From NCBI GenBank assembly GCA_023227985.1, contig JALOCB010000005.1, forward strand, positions 5,983 to 69,982: 64,000 bases of DNA. Direction: 5' to 3'. The position numbers were made by a program, and so were the translations under genes. The notes below the pieces were generated by a model, which had not been told where the DNA came from, searched no databases, and saw nothing but the letters and a program-made list of their open reading frames with translations. This stretch comes from Candidatus Omnitrophota bacterium (GTDB taxonomy: Bacteria > Omnitrophota > Gorgyraeia > Gygaellales > Profunditerraquicolaceae). This document shows positions 13,298 to 23,476 of the stretch, in pieces (the stretch's first letter is position 1; the number at the start of each line of letters is the position of its first letter).

Positions 13298-13328
13298 ATA
13301 AACAAATAAGCATAAGAAAGAGGAAGAG

Positions 13329-13616
13329 ATGCCGCGTTCAGTAAAAAAAGGCCCGTACGTAGAAGAAAAATTATTGAAGAAAGTAGAGGATGCCCGCCGT
13401 TCCGGAACAAGGCTGGCGATAAAGACATGGTCGAGGAGATCTACCGTTGTCCCGGATTTCGTGGGCTTGACCTTTTCCGTATATGACGGGAAAAAGCATG
13501 TCCCGGTCTTTGTAAGCGAGAACATGGTCGGACATAAGCTCGGAGAATTCGCCCCCAGCCGGATATTCAGGAAGCACGGCGGCGTCAAGGCTAAGAAAGC
13601 CGCAGAGAAAACCTAA
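13329..13616 (+). CDS. rpsS: 30S ribosomal protein S19
   Basis: 95 aa, [11 protein letters not shown]… typical S19. Confidence 0.93.
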   Translation: MPRSVKKGPYVEEKLLKKVEDARRSGTRLAIKTWSRRSTVVPDFVGLTFSVYDGKKHVPVFVSENMVGHKLGEFAPSRIFRKHGGVKAKKAAEKT

Positions 13617-13628
13617 TAAGGACATAAA

Positions 13629-13964
13629 ATGATAGTTAAAGCAGAGAATAAGCACATAAGGATATCGCCGCCCAAGATGCGGCAGGTGATCGATCTGATC
13701 AGAGGCAAGGACGCCGTGGAAGCGGAGGCGATCCTGGTGAACGTGAATAAACGGCCTAAGGAGAGCTTGATAAAGATCCTCCGGTCGGCGATCGCCAATG
13801 CCAAGGTCAAGGGGTTTACTCCGGAGCAGCTCTATGTTTCCAAGGTCGTCTGCAATGTCGGCCCGGTATGGAAAAGATTCAAGGCTGCGGCTTTCGGCAG
13901 GGCCACGTCGATAAAAAAAAGAACCGCGCATATTAAAATAGAGTTGGATCTGAAAAATCGCTAA
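13629..13964 (+). CDS. rplV: 50S ribosomal protein L22
   Basis: 111 aa, operon position and sequence. Confidence 0.9.
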   Translation: MIVKAENKHIRISPPKMRQVIDLIRGKDAVEAEAILVNVNKRPKESLIKILRSAIANAKVKGFTPEQLYVSKVVCNVGPVWKRFKAAAFGRATSIKKRTAHIKIELDLKNR

Positions 13965-13972
13965 GAGGAGAT

Positions 13973-14668
13973 ATGGGACAAAAAGTACATCCGTTTGTGC
14001 AGAGAATTGGGTTGATCCGGACATGGCAGAGCCGGTGGTTCGCTAACCCGCGCGATTACGCGCGTTTTGTCGCCGAGGATCAGAAGATCCGCAAGCATAT
14101 TTTCAATAAGTTCAAGCAGGCGCTGGTAGCCCGGGTGATCATTGAGAGGCTTACGGAAAAGGTGAAGGTCCGGATCTGCTCCGCAAGGCCCGGTATAATC
14201 ATCGGCAGGCACGGCGCGGATATCGAAAAGCTCAGGGAAGACCTTTTTGCCATAGTCAAGAAAGAAACATCGATAGATATCGAAGAGATAAAGAATCCCG
14301 GCACGGACGCTCAGCTGGTGGCGCAGAATATCTCTTTTCAGATCGAAAAGCGCGTAGGTTTTCGCAGGACCGTAAAAAGGGCGATCGAGCAGGCAATGAT
14401 GCAGGGCGCCAAAGGGATCAAGATAACCGTAGCCGGAAGGCTTGACGGCGCGGAGATGTGCAGGACAGAGACTTACAAGCAGGGGAAGGTCCCGCTGCAG
14501 ACATTCAGGGCGGATATAATGTACGGACAGGTGGAGTGCCTTACGACCTACGGTTTGATCGGTATCAAGGTATGGGTTTATCACGGCGATATCCTGATAA
14601 AGAAGAATGTGGTCAGGGAAAAGCCGGCGGTTGAGCAGGCAGGGGAAGTTAAACAAAAAGCGTCTTAA
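13973..14668 (+). CDS. rpsC: 30S ribosomal protein S3
   Basis: 231 aa, MGQKVHP… KH domain typical of S3. Confidence 0.93.
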   Translation: MGQKVHPFVQRIGLIRTWQSRWFANPRDYARFVAEDQKIRKHIFNKFKQALVARVIIERLTEKVKVRICSARPGIIIGRHGADIEKLREDLFAIVKKETSIDIEEIKNPGTDAQLVAQNISFQIEKRVGFRRTVKRAIEQAMMQGAKGIKITVAGRLDGAEMCRTETYKQGKVPLQTFRADIMYGQVECLTTYGLIGIKVWVYHGDILIKKNVVREKPAVEQAGEVKQKAS

Positions 14669-14695
14669 TTTCAAGTCAGCAAAGCGAGATAAAAA

Positions 14696-15112
14696 ATGGC
14701 AATGATGCCCAAAAGAGTCAAATATCGTAAATTGATCAAAGGCCAGCGCAGGGGCGTGGCTACCCGGGGCTCGACCTTGGTGTTCGGCGAGTTCGGCCTT
14801 AAGTCTCTGGAGAACGCCTGGCTTAAGAACAACCAGATCGAAGCGGCCCGCGTGGTCCTGGCCCGCCAGCTGCATAAAGGCGGCAAGCTGTGGATACGCG
14901 TTTTTACGGATAAGGCTATCACCAAAAAACCGGCTGAAGTCCGCATGGGTAAAGGTAAAGGGGATATCGACCACTGGGTCTGCGTGATCAAGCGCGGAAA
15001 GATCATTTTCGAGCTTGGCGGCGTGCCGGAAGAGTATGCCCGTTTGTGTTTCAGGCTGGTGGCTTTCAAACTTCCGTTTAAAACAAAATTCGTAACCAGG
15101 GTAACCGGATAA
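14696..15112 (+). CDS. rplP: 50S ribosomal protein L16
   Basis: 138 aa, [10 protein letters not shown]… typical L16. Confidence 0.93.
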   Translation: MAMMPKRVKYRKLIKGQRRGVATRGSTLVFGEFGLKSLENAWLKNNQIEAARVVLARQLHKGGKLWIRVFTDKAITKKPAEVRMGKGKGDIDHWVCVIKRGKIIFELGGVPEEYARLCFRLVAFKLPFKTKFVTRVTG

Positions 15113-15116
15113 TACT

Positions 15117-15317
15117 ATGAAGACCAAGGAATTAAGGGAAATGTCTGTTGAAGAACTCCTGGCGAAAGAAAAATCGCTTAAGGAAGAGATGTTCAAACTC
15201 AATCTGGATCGTTACACCGGAAGAGTGGAAAAACCGCATAAGTTCTCCCTGGTTAAAAAGGAGATCGCGCGGATAAAGACCATTCTGTCCGAGAGGAAAG
15301 AGAAGAAAAATGGCTAA
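15117..15317 (+). CDS. rpmC: 50S ribosomal protein L29
   Basis: 66 aa, operon position between L16 and S17. Confidence 0.85.
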   Translation: MKTKELREMSVEELLAKEKSLKEEMFKLNLDRYTGRVEKPHKFSLVKKEIARIKTILSERKEKKNG

Positions 15318-15564
15318 ACAGCAAGAATTAATAGGCACGGTTGTAAGCGATAAGATGCAGAAGACCATCGTGGTCAGGACCATGCATAAGGCAAAGCATC
15401 CTATGTACAACCGCATCCTCAAAAGGTATAACAAGTTCAAGGTCCATGACGAAAAAGGCGCGGCCAAGACCGGCGACACGGTGCGAATAGTGGCGACTCG
15501 GCCCTTGTCCAAGGAAAAGAGCTTCCGCCTGGTCGGGGTCATCAAGAAGAAAGAGATAAGATGA
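15310..15564 (+). CDS. rpsQ: 30S ribosomal protein S17
   Basis: 84 aa, overlaps rpmC end, S17-like. Confidence 0.9.
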   Translation: MAKQQELIGTVVSDKMQKTIVVRTMHKAKHPMYNRILKRYNKFKVHDEKGAAKTGDTVRIVATRPLSKEKSFRLVGVIKKKEIR

Positions 15565-15929
15565 TACAATTACGCAGTATTCTGGATGTAGCTGACAATA
15601 CCGGGGCAAAACGCGTGGCGATGATCAGCGTCCTGGGCAAAAAGAATTGCTTCATAGCCGGGATCGGCGATATCGTCAATGTCAATGTCAAGGAATCCGC
15701 CCCTGAGGCCGCGGTAAAAAAAGGCGAGGTGGCCAAGGCGGTAGTGGTCAGGACAAGGCACGCGATCCGCAGGTCCGATGGCTCGGTTCTCAGATTCGAC
15801 CGTAACGCCGTTGTTTTTATCGATCCTCAGATGAATCCCCGCGGCACGCGCGTATTCGGCCCGGTGGCGAAGGAACTAAGGGAGAAGAACTTCACCAAGA
15901 TCATATCCCTGGCACCGGAGGTTATTTAA
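15561..15929 (+). CDS. rplN: 50S ribosomal protein L14
   Basis: 122 aa, [17 protein letters not shown]… typical L14. Confidence 0.95.
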   Translation: MIQLRSILDVADNTGAKRVAMISVLGKKNCFIAGIGDIVNVNVKESAPEAAVKKGEVAKAVVVRTRHAIRRSDGSVLRFDRNAVVFIDPQMNPRGTRVFGPVAKELREKNFTKIISLAPEVI

Positions 15930-16240
15930 TGTTCAAGATCAAGCGCAACGATACAGTTCAGGTAATCAAAGGCAAGGATAAAGGAAAAAAAGGCAAGGTT
16001 ATCCGCGTATTTTTTTCCCAAAAAAAAGCCCTCGTGGAAGGGATAAATCAAGCTAAAAAACATAAAAGGCAGACACGCCAGGACCAGCAGGGCGGGATAG
16101 TCAATATTGAAATGCCTATCGCGCTGTCAAATCTTATGGTCTTTTGTAAAAACTGCAGCCAGCCGACCCGTTTGGGATTTAAGAAATCCGACGATGGGAC
16201 CAAGGCCAGGGTATGCAGGAAGTGTCAAGGGGTAATGTAA
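15929..16240 (+). CDS. rplX: 50S ribosomal protein L24 (variant carrying a C-terminal CxxC…CxxC zinc-ribbon-like motif)
   Basis: 103 aa; KOW motif VIKGKDKGKKGKV; C-terminus FCKNCSQ…VCRKCQ. Confidence 0.85.
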   Translation: MFKIKRNDTVQVIKGKDKGKKGKVIRVFFSQKKALVEGINQAKKHKRQTRQDQQGGIVNIEMPIALSNLMVFCKNCSQPTRLGFKKSDDGTKARVCRKCQGVM

Positions 16241-16243
16241 GCG

Positions 16244-16795
16244 ATGATACCGAGATTATTGGAAAGATACCGCAGTGAGATCACCGTAAAAATGATGGAG
16301 AAATTCGGCCTGAAGAACCGCATGGCCGTGCCGCGCCTGGATAAGATCGTGGTGAATATGGGCGTGGGAGAGGCGCTGCAGGACGTGAAGATCCTGGATA
16401 AGGCAATGGAGGAACTGGGGATCATAACCGGGCAGAAGCCGTTGATGCGCCGGGCAAAGCTGGCGATCGCCAACTTTAAGATAAAAGAGAACAATCCTAT
16501 CGGCTGCAAGGTTACCCTGCGTCGGGCGAGGATGTACGAGTTCCTGGACAGGCTGATCAGCATAGCCCTGCCGCGTATCCGCGACTTCCGCGGCGTGCCT
16601 TTGTATTCCTTCGATCAGGCCGGCAATTACACGCTGGGGCTTACCGAACAGAATATATTCCCGGAGATCGACGCCGACAGGATCGGCCGGACCCAGGGTA
16701 TGGATATTGTATTCGTGATCAAGAACTCCAAAAGCTCGGAGCAGTCGAAAGAGCTTTTGAAATTATTCGGAATACCCTTCAAGGAGAAAGATTAA
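16244..16795 (+). CDS. rplE: 50S ribosomal protein L5
   Basis: 183 aa, operon position and sequence. Confidence 0.93.
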   Translation: MIPRLLERYRSEITVKMMEKFGLKNRMAVPRLDKIVVNMGVGEALQDVKILDKAMEELGIITGQKPLMRRAKLAIANFKIKENNPIGCKVTLRRARMYEFLDRLISIALPRIRDFRGVPLYSFDQAGNYTLGLTEQNIFPEIDADRIGRTQGMDIVFVIKNSKSSEQSKELLKLFGIPFKEKD

Positions 16796-16797
16796 CA

Positions 16798-16983
16798 ATG
16801 GCAAAGACGTCCCAGTTGGTCAGGTGGAAGAGGCCCGCTAAATTTTCAACCCGGAAATATAACCGCTGCGCGATCTGCGGAAGGAGCGGCGGTTTTCTGA
16901 ACAGGTTCAAGCTCTGCCGTATGTGTTTCCGGGAGCTGGCCTGGCAGGGATTGATCCCCGGGATCAAGAAAGCAAGCTGGTAA
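16798..16983 (+). CDS. rpsN: 30S ribosomal protein S14, short zinc-binding (type Z) form
   Basis: 61 aa; CAICGRSGG…CRMCF four-Cys motif. Confidence 0.9.
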   Translation: MAKTSQLVRWKRPAKFSTRKYNRCAICGRSGGFLNRFKLCRMCFRELAWQGLIPGIKKASW

Positions 16984-17015
16984 GGATATAAAACGAAACA
17001 TTAAAAGGAGCATAA

Positions 17016-17411
17016 ATGTCAAGAACTGATCTGATCGCCGATACATTTACGAGGATCCGGAACGCCGTAATGGCGCATAAGGTGAATCTGGACGCGCCCG
17101 CTTCCAAGATGACCCGGTCTATCCTGGACATCCTGAAGAAGGAGAATTATATCGACGATTACAAGCTTATCGAAGATAAGAAACAGGGCGTGTTCAGGAT
17201 ATACCTTAAATATGTCGGCGGCAAATCGGTGATCCGGGCCATAAAAAGGGTATCGCGCCCGGGATTGAGGATGTATAAGGAAAGCGCCAAGATCCCTTCG
17301 GTATTGCGCGGACGAGGCCTGGCCATAGTTTCCACCTCTAAAGGGGTGCTTACGGACAAAGACGCCAAGGCGCAGGGCGTAGGCGGGGAAATAATAGGTT
17401 ATATCTGGTAA
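17016..17411 (+). CDS. rpsH: 30S ribosomal protein S8
   Basis: 131 aa, typical S8. Confidence 0.93.
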   Translation: MSRTDLIADTFTRIRNAVMAHKVNLDAPASKMTRSILDILKKENYIDDYKLIEDKKQGVFRIYLKYVGGKSVIRAIKRVSRPGLRMYKESAKIPSVLRGRGLAIVSTSKGVLTDKDAKAQGVGGEIIGYIW

Positions 17412-17446
17412 GGTTTAACTAACAACATTTAAAAGTCAGGGAAAAT

Positions 17447-17992
17447 ATGTCACGTATAGGAAGAAAGATAATCAGCATACCAAGCGGTGTAAAGGTCGAG
17501 ACTAAGGACGGACGGATTTTCGTCGAAGGGGCCAAAGGCAAGCTTGACATTAAGCTGCCCGACAGGATCGAGCTGGAGATCGCCGATGCAAAGATATCGG
17601 TCAAGCGCCGCGGGAATATCGCTTCGGATAAGGCGCTGCAGGGGTTGATCCGCGCCCTGACTTTCAATATGATAAAAGGCGTTACCGAAGGCTATGTCAA
17701 GGAATTGGAGATCATCGGCGTGGGTTTCAAGGCCGTGGTCCAGGGGAATAAACTGGTGCTTAACGTGGGTTTTTCTCATCAGGTCAATTTTGAGATACCG
17801 GCGGGAATAAAGATCGAATGCCCGAAGAACACGCTGGTAGTGATCCGCGGGATAGATAAGGAAAAGGTCGGAGAGGTGGCTGCGGAGTTGCGCGCGATCT
17901 GTCCGCCGGAACCGTATAAGGGAAAAGGCATCAGATTTGTTGGGGAACGGGTGCGCAAGAAGGTCGGTAAGGCGCAGGCAACCGGTAAATAA
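17447..17992 (+). CDS. rplF: 50S ribosomal protein L6
   Basis: 181 aa, MSRIGRKIISIP… typical L6. Confidence 0.93.
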   Translation: MSRIGRKIISIPSGVKVETKDGRIFVEGAKGKLDIKLPDRIELEIADAKISVKRRGNIASDKALQGLIRALTFNMIKGVTEGYVKELEIIGVGFKAVVQGNKLVLNVGFSHQVNFEIPAGIKIECPKNTLVVIRGIDKEKVGEVAAELRAICPPEPYKGKGIRFVGERVRKKVGKAQATGK

Positions 17993-18059
17993 ACCCTCCA
18001 AGATCGCTGTCTTGTCGGACGGTGATCCGGGGCAGGGTGATAACGAAGGCATATATAAA

Positions 18060-18422
18060 ATGAAAAATAAAAAAGAGCTGCTCAGATTAAGAAGGCACCG
18101 TAATTTAAGGGTAAGGTTATCCGGGACAACGGAAAAGCCGCGGCTGGCGATACACCGCAGCCTGGCGAATATCTCCGCCCAGATAATCGACGACGTAAAG
18201 AACAAGACGGTTTTTTCTCTTTCGACGACCGACAAGGAAATAAAGGCAAAGTTCCCCTATGCCGGCAATATCAAGGCCGCGGAATTTTTCGGCGAGCTTT
18301 TTGCCAGGCAGGCGAAAGAAAAGGGTGTGACCAAGGTGGTTTTCGACCGGGCCGGGTATCTTTATCACGGGCGGGTCAAGGCATTTGCGGACAGCGCCAG
18401 AAAAGGCGGCCTGGAATTCTAA
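18060..18422 (+). CDS. rplR: 50S ribosomal protein L18
   Basis: Internal ATG at 18060 (MKNKKELLRLRRH…) gives the canonical ~120-aa L18. The longer track ORF from 17937 overlaps rplF and is probably not the real start. Confidence 0.88.
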   Translation: MKNKKELLRLRRHRNLRVRLSGTTEKPRLAIHRSLANISAQIIDDVKNKTVFSLSTTDKEIKAKFPYAGNIKAAEFFGELFARQAKEKGVTKVVFDRAGYLYHGRVKAFADSARKGGLEF

Positions 18423-18449
18423 GTTTTCAAAACGAGAGGTAATTAAAAA

Positions 18450-18899
18450 ATGCGTGAAATGAATATCGAGCAGCAGGAAGTGGAGAAGATCGTCGCCATC
18501 AACCGCATTACCAAGGTCACCAAGGGCGGCAAAAAGATGTCTTTCAGCGCTTTGGTGGTGGTCGGTGACAGAAAAGGCCGGGTAGGGATCGCGCTGGGCA
18601 AGGCCAACGAAGTCGCCGACGCCATCCGCAAAGGCCTGAACCAGGCAAAACGCGGCCAGATGAGAATGCCGGTCGAGAACGGCACTATACCCCACGAGGT
18701 CCTGGGAAAATTCGGCGGGGCGATGGTTATGCTTAAGCCTGCTTCCGAAGGCACCGGTATTATCGCCTGCGGCCCGGTACGGGCTATCTGCGAGGCTTGC
18801 GGCATAAGGGATATCCTGACTAAATCGTTAAAATCCAATAACCCAATAAACGTGATCAAGGCTACGATCGCCGGCCTTCAAGATTTAAAGGAAGCGTAA
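18450..18899 (+). CDS. rpsE: 30S ribosomal protein S5
   Basis: 149 aa, …[21 protein letters not shown]… typical S5. Confidence 0.93.
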   Translation: MREMNIEQQEVEKIVAINRITKVTKGGKKMSFSALVVVGDRKGRVGIALGKANEVADAIRKGLNQAKRGQMRMPVENGTIPHEVLGKFGGAMVMLKPASEGTGIIACGPVRAICEACGIRDILTKSLKSNNPINVIKATIAGLQDLKEA

Positions 18900-18900
18900 A

Positions 18901-19389
18901 ATGAAGAAGAAAACCGCTAAAGTTTCAACTGAAGCAAAACAGGTATTCGGGCTGCATAATTTGCAGGTCCCCAAAGGGGCTCATAAAAAGCGCAAGTACC
19001 TCGGCCGCGGCTCAAGTTCGGGCCATGGCAAGACATCAACCCGCGGCAGCAAAGGCGAGACCTCGCGCTCCGGACGGGCTACGTATACCGGTTTTGAAGG
19101 GGGGCAAAGCCCTTTGATCCGCAGGATGCCCAAACGCGGTTTTACCAGCAAGTTTGCCAAGGTGTACCAGGTGGTAAATATCGACGGCCTGAACGGGCTT
19201 AAGGATAAGGTAGTGAACCCGGATGTATTGTTAAAGGCGGGTTTGATCAAAAGCAGGAATAAGATGGTCAAGATCCTGGGAGAGGGCGAGTTAAAGAATG
19301 CGGTGAGCGTTTCCGCACATGCCTTTTCTTTGTCCGCTCAGGAAAAGATAACCAAGGCCGGCGGAAAATTTGAGGTTTTGAATGCTTAG
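18901..19389 (+). CDS. rplO: 50S ribosomal protein L15 (about 17-aa N-terminal extension)
   Basis: LHNLQVPKGAHKKRKYLGRGSSSGHGKTSTRGSKG matches the L15 N-terminal region; follows rpsE directly with no L30 gene between them. Confidence 0.88.
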   Translation: MKKKTAKVSTEAKQVFGLHNLQVPKGAHKKRKYLGRGSSSGHGKTSTRGSKGETSRSGRATYTGFEGGQSPLIRRMPKRGFTSKFAKVYQVVNIDGLNGLKDKVVNPDVLLKAGLIKSRNKMVKILGEGELKNAVSVSAHAFSLSAQEKITKAGGKFEVLNA

Positions 19390-20731
19390 CGCTTTAGCTA
19401 ATTCGTTTAAAATCCCCGATCTAAAAAGGCGTTTGTTGATCACCGGAGCCCTGCTGGTTGTTTACCGGATGGGCTGTTTTATCCCCACGCCCGGCATAGA
19501 CGGCATCGAACTGGCCAGTTTCTTCGAGCGGATGGCCAAAACGCAGGGCGGCACGCTCTTTGGCATAATCAATATGTTTTCCGGCGGCGCTATGGAAAAG
19601 CTGACCATTTTCGCGCTGGGTATCATGCCTTATATATCCGCCTCGATCATTATGCAGCTTTTGACCGCGGTGATCCCTTTTCTGGAGAAACTTTCCAAAG
19701 AGGGCAGGCAGGGATACGAAAAGATCAATCAGTATACCCGTTACGGAACCGTAGCCCTGGCATTAGTGCAGTCGTTCTTTATCGCTATCTGGATCGAGAA
19801 CCTCGGAGCGCAGGAAGGCGTCCGGATCGTGCTGGACCCGGGCCTGGGCTTCAGGCTCTTGACCATGATGACCCTGACCACCGGCACCATATTTATCATG
19901 TGGCTGGGAGAGCAGATACAGGAAAGGGGCATAGGTAACGGCATATCCCTGGTGATCACTGCAGGCATAATCTCGCGCATACCTTCGGCTTTGCATCAGC
20001 TTTTCGTTTTGATCTCTCCGTTTGCGGCTTCACGCAGGCAGATACAGCCGGTTACGCTTCTGATCATGGCCGGGCTTCTGTGCCTGGTAATATATGCTGT
20101 TGTAATGATCACCCAGGGCTACCGCAAGATCCCTGTGCAGTATGCCCGCAGGATAGTGGGTAGAAAGATCTATGGCGGGCAATCGACTTATATCCCCCTT
20201 AAGGTGGATACCTCCGGGGTTATCGCGATCATTTTTGCGCAGTCAATAATACTCTTCCCGGCGACTATCGCCTCTTTTATACCTAACCCGGCATTGCAGA
20301 ATTGGGCGATGAATTTCGCCAGGGGGCACTGGACTTATGTGGCGGGAAACGCGCTTTTGATAATTTTCTTCTGCTATTTTTATAACGCCATAGTTTTTAA
20401 CCCCACCGATATAGCCGAGAATATGAAGAAATACGGCGGTTTTATCCCGGGGATACGCCCGGGCACGCCGACATCGGATTATCTTTTTTACGTGATGAAC
20501 AGGATCACTCTGGCCGGCGCGGTATTTATCGCGGCGATCGCCATATTCCCGGACCTGATCATGTACTGGCTGAAGATCCCGTACCTGGTCGCTTCGTTTT
20601 TCGGCGGCACGGGTATCCTGATCATAGTCGGGGTAATGCTGGACACTATAAAACAGATCGAGTCTCACCTGGTGATGCATCATTATGAAGGCTTCATCAA
20701 GAGCGGCCGGATCAAGGGGCGCAGGTCATGA
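19382..20731 (+). CDS. secY: Preprotein translocase subunit SecY
   Basis: 449 aa polytopic membrane protein at the canonical spc-operon position. Confidence 0.93.
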   Translation: MLSALANSFKIPDLKRRLLITGALLVVYRMGCFIPTPGIDGIELASFFERMAKTQGGTLFGIINMFSGGAMEKLTIFALGIMPYISASIIMQLLTAVIPFLEKLSKEGRQGYEKINQYTRYGTVALALVQSFFIAIWIENLGAQEGVRIVLDPGLGFRLLTMMTLTTGTIFIMWLGEQIQERGIGNGISLVITAGIISRIPSALHQLFVLISPFAASRRQIQPVTLLIMAGLLCLVIYAVVMITQGYRKIPVQYARRIVGRKIYGGQSTYIPLKVDTSGVIAIIFAQSIILFPATIASFIPNPALQNWAMNFARGHWTYVAGNALLIIFFCYFYNAIVFNPTDIAENMKKYGGFIPGIRPGTPTSDYLFYVMNRITLAGAVFIAAIAIFPDLIMYWLKIPYLVASFFGGTGILIIVGVMLDTIKQIESHLVMHHYEGFIKSGRIKGRRS

Positions 20732-21393
20732 GGATCGTGCTTTTAGGGCCTCCGGGGGCGGGAAAAGGTACTCAGGCAAAGCAGTTATCCAAGAAACTGG
20801 AGTTGCCGCATATTTCCACCGGCGACCTGTTGCGCCAGAATGTTTCCAAGGGGACTGGCCTGGGTAAACAGGCCAAGGATTTCATGAACAAAGGGCTGCT
20901 TGTTCCGGATGAGCTGGTTACCAGCATGCTCACCGAAAGATTCAAACAGCCTGATCTGGCAAAGGGCTTTATATTAGACGGATACCCCCGCAATCTGAAC
21001 CAGGCCAAAGTGCTCGATGAAATACTTAAATCGATTAATATGGACATCGACCTGGCGGTCGACCTGGATTCAAGCGAGCCGGTGATCATTCAGCGGCTTT
21101 CCGGAAGGCTGGTCTGCCGGAAATGTTCGGCGAATTATCACAGGACGAATATGCCTCCTAAAACCGAGGGCATTTGCGATATTTGCGGCGGCGAGCTTTA
21201 CCAGAGAGCCGACGATAAAGAGGAAACGATAAGGAAGCGCCTTGCGGTTTACCGTGAAGAGGTTTCGGCGCTGTTGGAATATTACCGCCGGAACAGGCTT
21301 TTGACCACCATTTCGGCGGATGAGGACGCTGGCATTGTACTGAACAAGATCATAGAATTGGCAAGAAGCTCAGATGATCCCCATAAAATCTGA
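20728..21393 (+). CDS. adk: Adenylate kinase (zinc-binding LID)
   Basis: GPPGAGKGTQA P-loop; CRKC…CDICGG LID Cys4. Confidence 0.93.
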   Translation: MRIVLLGPPGAGKGTQAKQLSKKLELPHISTGDLLRQNVSKGTGLGKQAKDFMNKGLLVPDELVTSMLTERFKQPDLAKGFILDGYPRNLNQAKVLDEILKSINMDIDLAVDLDSSEPVIIQRLSGRLVCRKCSANYHRTNMPPKTEGICDICGGELYQRADDKEETIRKRLAVYREEVSALLEYYRRNRLLTTISADEDAGIVLNKIIELARSSDDPHKI

Positions 21394-22120
21394 AAGCGAA
21401 CTGGAGTTGATGCGCCGGGCAGGCGAGATATTGGCCCAGGTGATGCATAAGGTCCAGCAGGCGGTGCGGCCGGGTATAACGACCGGTGAATTGGACCGGT
21501 TGGCCGAGGAACTGATCATTGAGAATAGAACACTGCCGGCTTTTAAAGGTTATAACGGTTATCCCGCGGCCCTGTGTATTTCGATAAACGAGCAGGTGGT
21601 CCATGGAATACCGGGTGAACGCCGGTTGGAAGACGGCGATATCGCGAGTTTAGACCTGGGTTTGAATTATCAAGGTTATTTCTCGGATTTAGCGGTTACG
21701 GTCGCCGTAGGCAAGAGCGACGCTAAAGCCAGAAAGCTGGTCGATACTACCAGGCAGTCGTTGAACGAAGGGATAAAGAAGGCTGTTTGCGGTAATCATT
21801 TATCCGATGTTTCCTGGGCGATACAGCGTCATGCCGAGAAAAACGGTTTTTCAGTGGTCCGGCAATTTGTCGGCCATGGCATAGGCCGCCGGCTTCATGA
21901 AGAGCCTGAGGTCGCTAATTTCGGCCAGGCGCACCGCGGACCGGTATTAAAATCCGGGATGGTCCTGGCGATCGAGCCGATGATCAACGCCGGGACATGG
22001 GAATGCGAGGTCCTGGCCGACGGTTGGACCGCGGTAACCAAAGACGGCGCGTTTTCCGCGCATTTCGAGCATACTGTGGCAGTGACCGAGGCCGGCCCGC
22101 AGATACTGACCAGGCTTTAA
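21374..22120 (+). CDS. map: Methionine aminopeptidase type I
   Basis: 248 aa; conserved metal-ligand context (…FVGHGIG…, …EPM…). Confidence 0.92.
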   Translation: MIPIKSESELELMRRAGEILAQVMHKVQQAVRPGITTGELDRLAEELIIENRTLPAFKGYNGYPAALCISINEQVVHGIPGERRLEDGDIASLDLGLNYQGYFSDLAVTVAVGKSDAKARKLVDTTRQSLNEGIKKAVCGNHLSDVSWAIQRHAEKNGFSVVRQFVGHGIGRRLHEEPEVANFGQAHRGPVLKSGMVLAIEPMINAGTWECEVLADGWTAVTKDGAFSAHFEHTVAVTEAGPQILTRL

Positions 22121-22141
22121 GAACAGTAAAACAAGGATCGT

Positions 22142-22360
22142 ATGCCAAAAGAAGATCTTATTGAAACCGAAGGTAAAGTCCTGGAAGCGTTGCCTAACGC
22201 GGTTTTTAAGGTTGAATTGGAGAACGGCCATGTAGTTATGGCGCATGTTTCCGGAAAAATGAGGATGAATTTCATCCGGATATTGCCCGGCGACAAGGTA
22301 AAACTGGAATTGTCTCCGTACGACCTGGCTAAGGGCAGGATAACTTTCAGGGTCAAATAA
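22142..22360 (+). CDS. infA: Translation initiation factor IF-1
   Basis: 72 aa; [13 protein letters not shown]… S1-like fold typical of IF-1. Confidence 0.93.
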   Translation: MPKEDLIETEGKVLEALPNAVFKVELENGHVVMAHVSGKMRMNFIRILPGDKVKLELSPYDLAKGRITFRVK

Positions 22361-22383
22361 CAAGATCATAGAAAGGGCGAGAC

Positions 22384-22497
22384 GTGAAAGTAAAAGCTTC
22401 GATACGTAAAATATGCGATAATTGCAAGGTTATCAGAAGGCGCGGAGTGGTGCGGGTCATCTGCACTAATCCCAAGCATAAACAAAGACAGGGATAG
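22384..22497 (+). CDS. rpmJ: 50S ribosomal protein L36 (zinc form)
   Basis: Not in the ORF track because it is under 60 aa. GTG start; [37 protein letters not shown] with C-x2-C-x12-C-x4-H. Confidence 0.8.
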   Translation: MKVKASIRKICDNCKVIRRRGVVRVICTNPKHKQRQG

Positions 22498-22585
22498 GGA
22501 ATTTAATGTAGATTCTGAGTGCGTTAGAAACGGACCCAGAATTAAATGTTCGCTCTCGCGAGCTCACATTTCAGGAGGAGTAAAG

Positions 22586-22975
22586 GTGCCGAGAATCTTA
22601 GGTGTGGACTTACCAAAAGCAAAGAGAATAGATGTCGCGTTGTGCTATCTTTACGGCGTAGGGCATTTTTTATCCGCCCAGCTTCTTAAAGAAGCTGGGA
22701 TCGAGCCAAGCAAACGGGCCAAGGACCTGACCGAAGAAGAAGTCTCCCGGATCACTAATACCCTGCAGAAAAGCAGCTTTAAATTCGAAGGCGACTTGCG
22801 CCGTGATATAGCCCAGAACATAAAACGGCTTATGGATATCGGCTCTTACCGGGGGATGCGCCACAAGAAAGGCCTGCCGGCCAGAGGACAGAGGACCAGG
22901 ACCAATGCCCGGACCAGAAAAGGACCGCGCCGCGCGAATATGGCGATCAAGAAAGCGGAGCCGGGAAAGAAATAA
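22586..22975 (+). CDS. rpsM: 30S ribosomal protein S13
   Basis: GTG start; 129 aa; …RILGVDLP… and basic C-terminus. Confidence 0.9.
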   Translation: MPRILGVDLPKAKRIDVALCYLYGVGHFLSAQLLKEAGIEPSKRAKDLTEEEVSRITNTLQKSSFKFEGDLRRDIAQNIKRLMDIGSYRGMRHKKGLPARGQRTRTNARTRKGPRRANMAIKKAEPGKK

Positions 22976-23057
22976 GTGTTTTGACCCTTCGGTCGCTGAA
23001 GCGGCCTCAGGGTCAAATTTTCTCCGCCTAAGGCGGATCAAATTTGAGGAGATTTGA

Positions 23058-23441
23058 ATGGTTGAGAAAGCAAAAAAGAAGAAAGTCTTGAAAGGCATCA
23101 CTTCCGGGGTCGCGCATATACTGGCGAGTTTCAATAATACAATGATCACGATCACCGATAAACAGGGCAATACCATTTCGTGGTCGAGCCCTGGTATCGT
23201 AGGCTACAGCGGTTCCAAAAAGGCGACCCCTTTTGCCGCCCAAACCGCGGCAGGCGATGCCGCCAAAAAGGCCAAGGATATGGGCCTTAAAGATGTAGAA
23301 GTCCTGGTAAGAGGCCCGGGACCCGGCCGCGAATCGGCGATCAGGGCGCTTCAGGCAGGCGGGCTTACCGTTACTTCGATCAAAGATATCACACCAATCC
23401 CACACAACGGCTGTCGCGCCAAAAAGAAGAGAAGAGTATAA
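23058..23441 (+). CDS. rpsK: 30S ribosomal protein S11
   Basis: 127 aa, typical S11. Confidence 0.93.
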   Translation: MVEKAKKKKVLKGITSGVAHILASFNNTMITITDKQGNTISWSSPGIVGYSGSKKATPFAAQTAAGDAAKKAKDMGLKDVEVLVRGPGPGRESAIRALQAGGLTVTSIKDITPIPHNGCRAKKKRRV

Positions 23442-23476
23442 GCGACGTTTTTTAATTTAAACGGAGTAAACTAAAT

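Noticed and set aside
13961-15202. 413-aa minus-strand ORF (and many other 60-300 aa minus-strand ORFs such as 3036-3935, 4138-4824, 9916-10497, 17450-18235, 35099-35902, 48247-48867)
   Set aside because: They lie antisense to highly conserved ribosomal, RNA polymerase or chaperonin genes. Translations are low-complexity, Arg/Pro/Ser-rich with no recognisable domains, and typical of open antisense frames in GC-rich coding DNA.
17937-18059. Long 5' extension of the L18 ORF overlapping rplF
   Set aside because: Canonical L18 begins at the internal ATG 18060. The extension overlaps the rplF 3' end and has no homology.
22498-22585. Partial palindromes in the rpmJ-rpsM spacer (AATTTAATG…CAGAATTAAATG; GCTCTCGCGAGC)
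   Set aside because: The arms are interrupted and short. This cannot be told apart from chance in an 88-nt spacer without comparative data.
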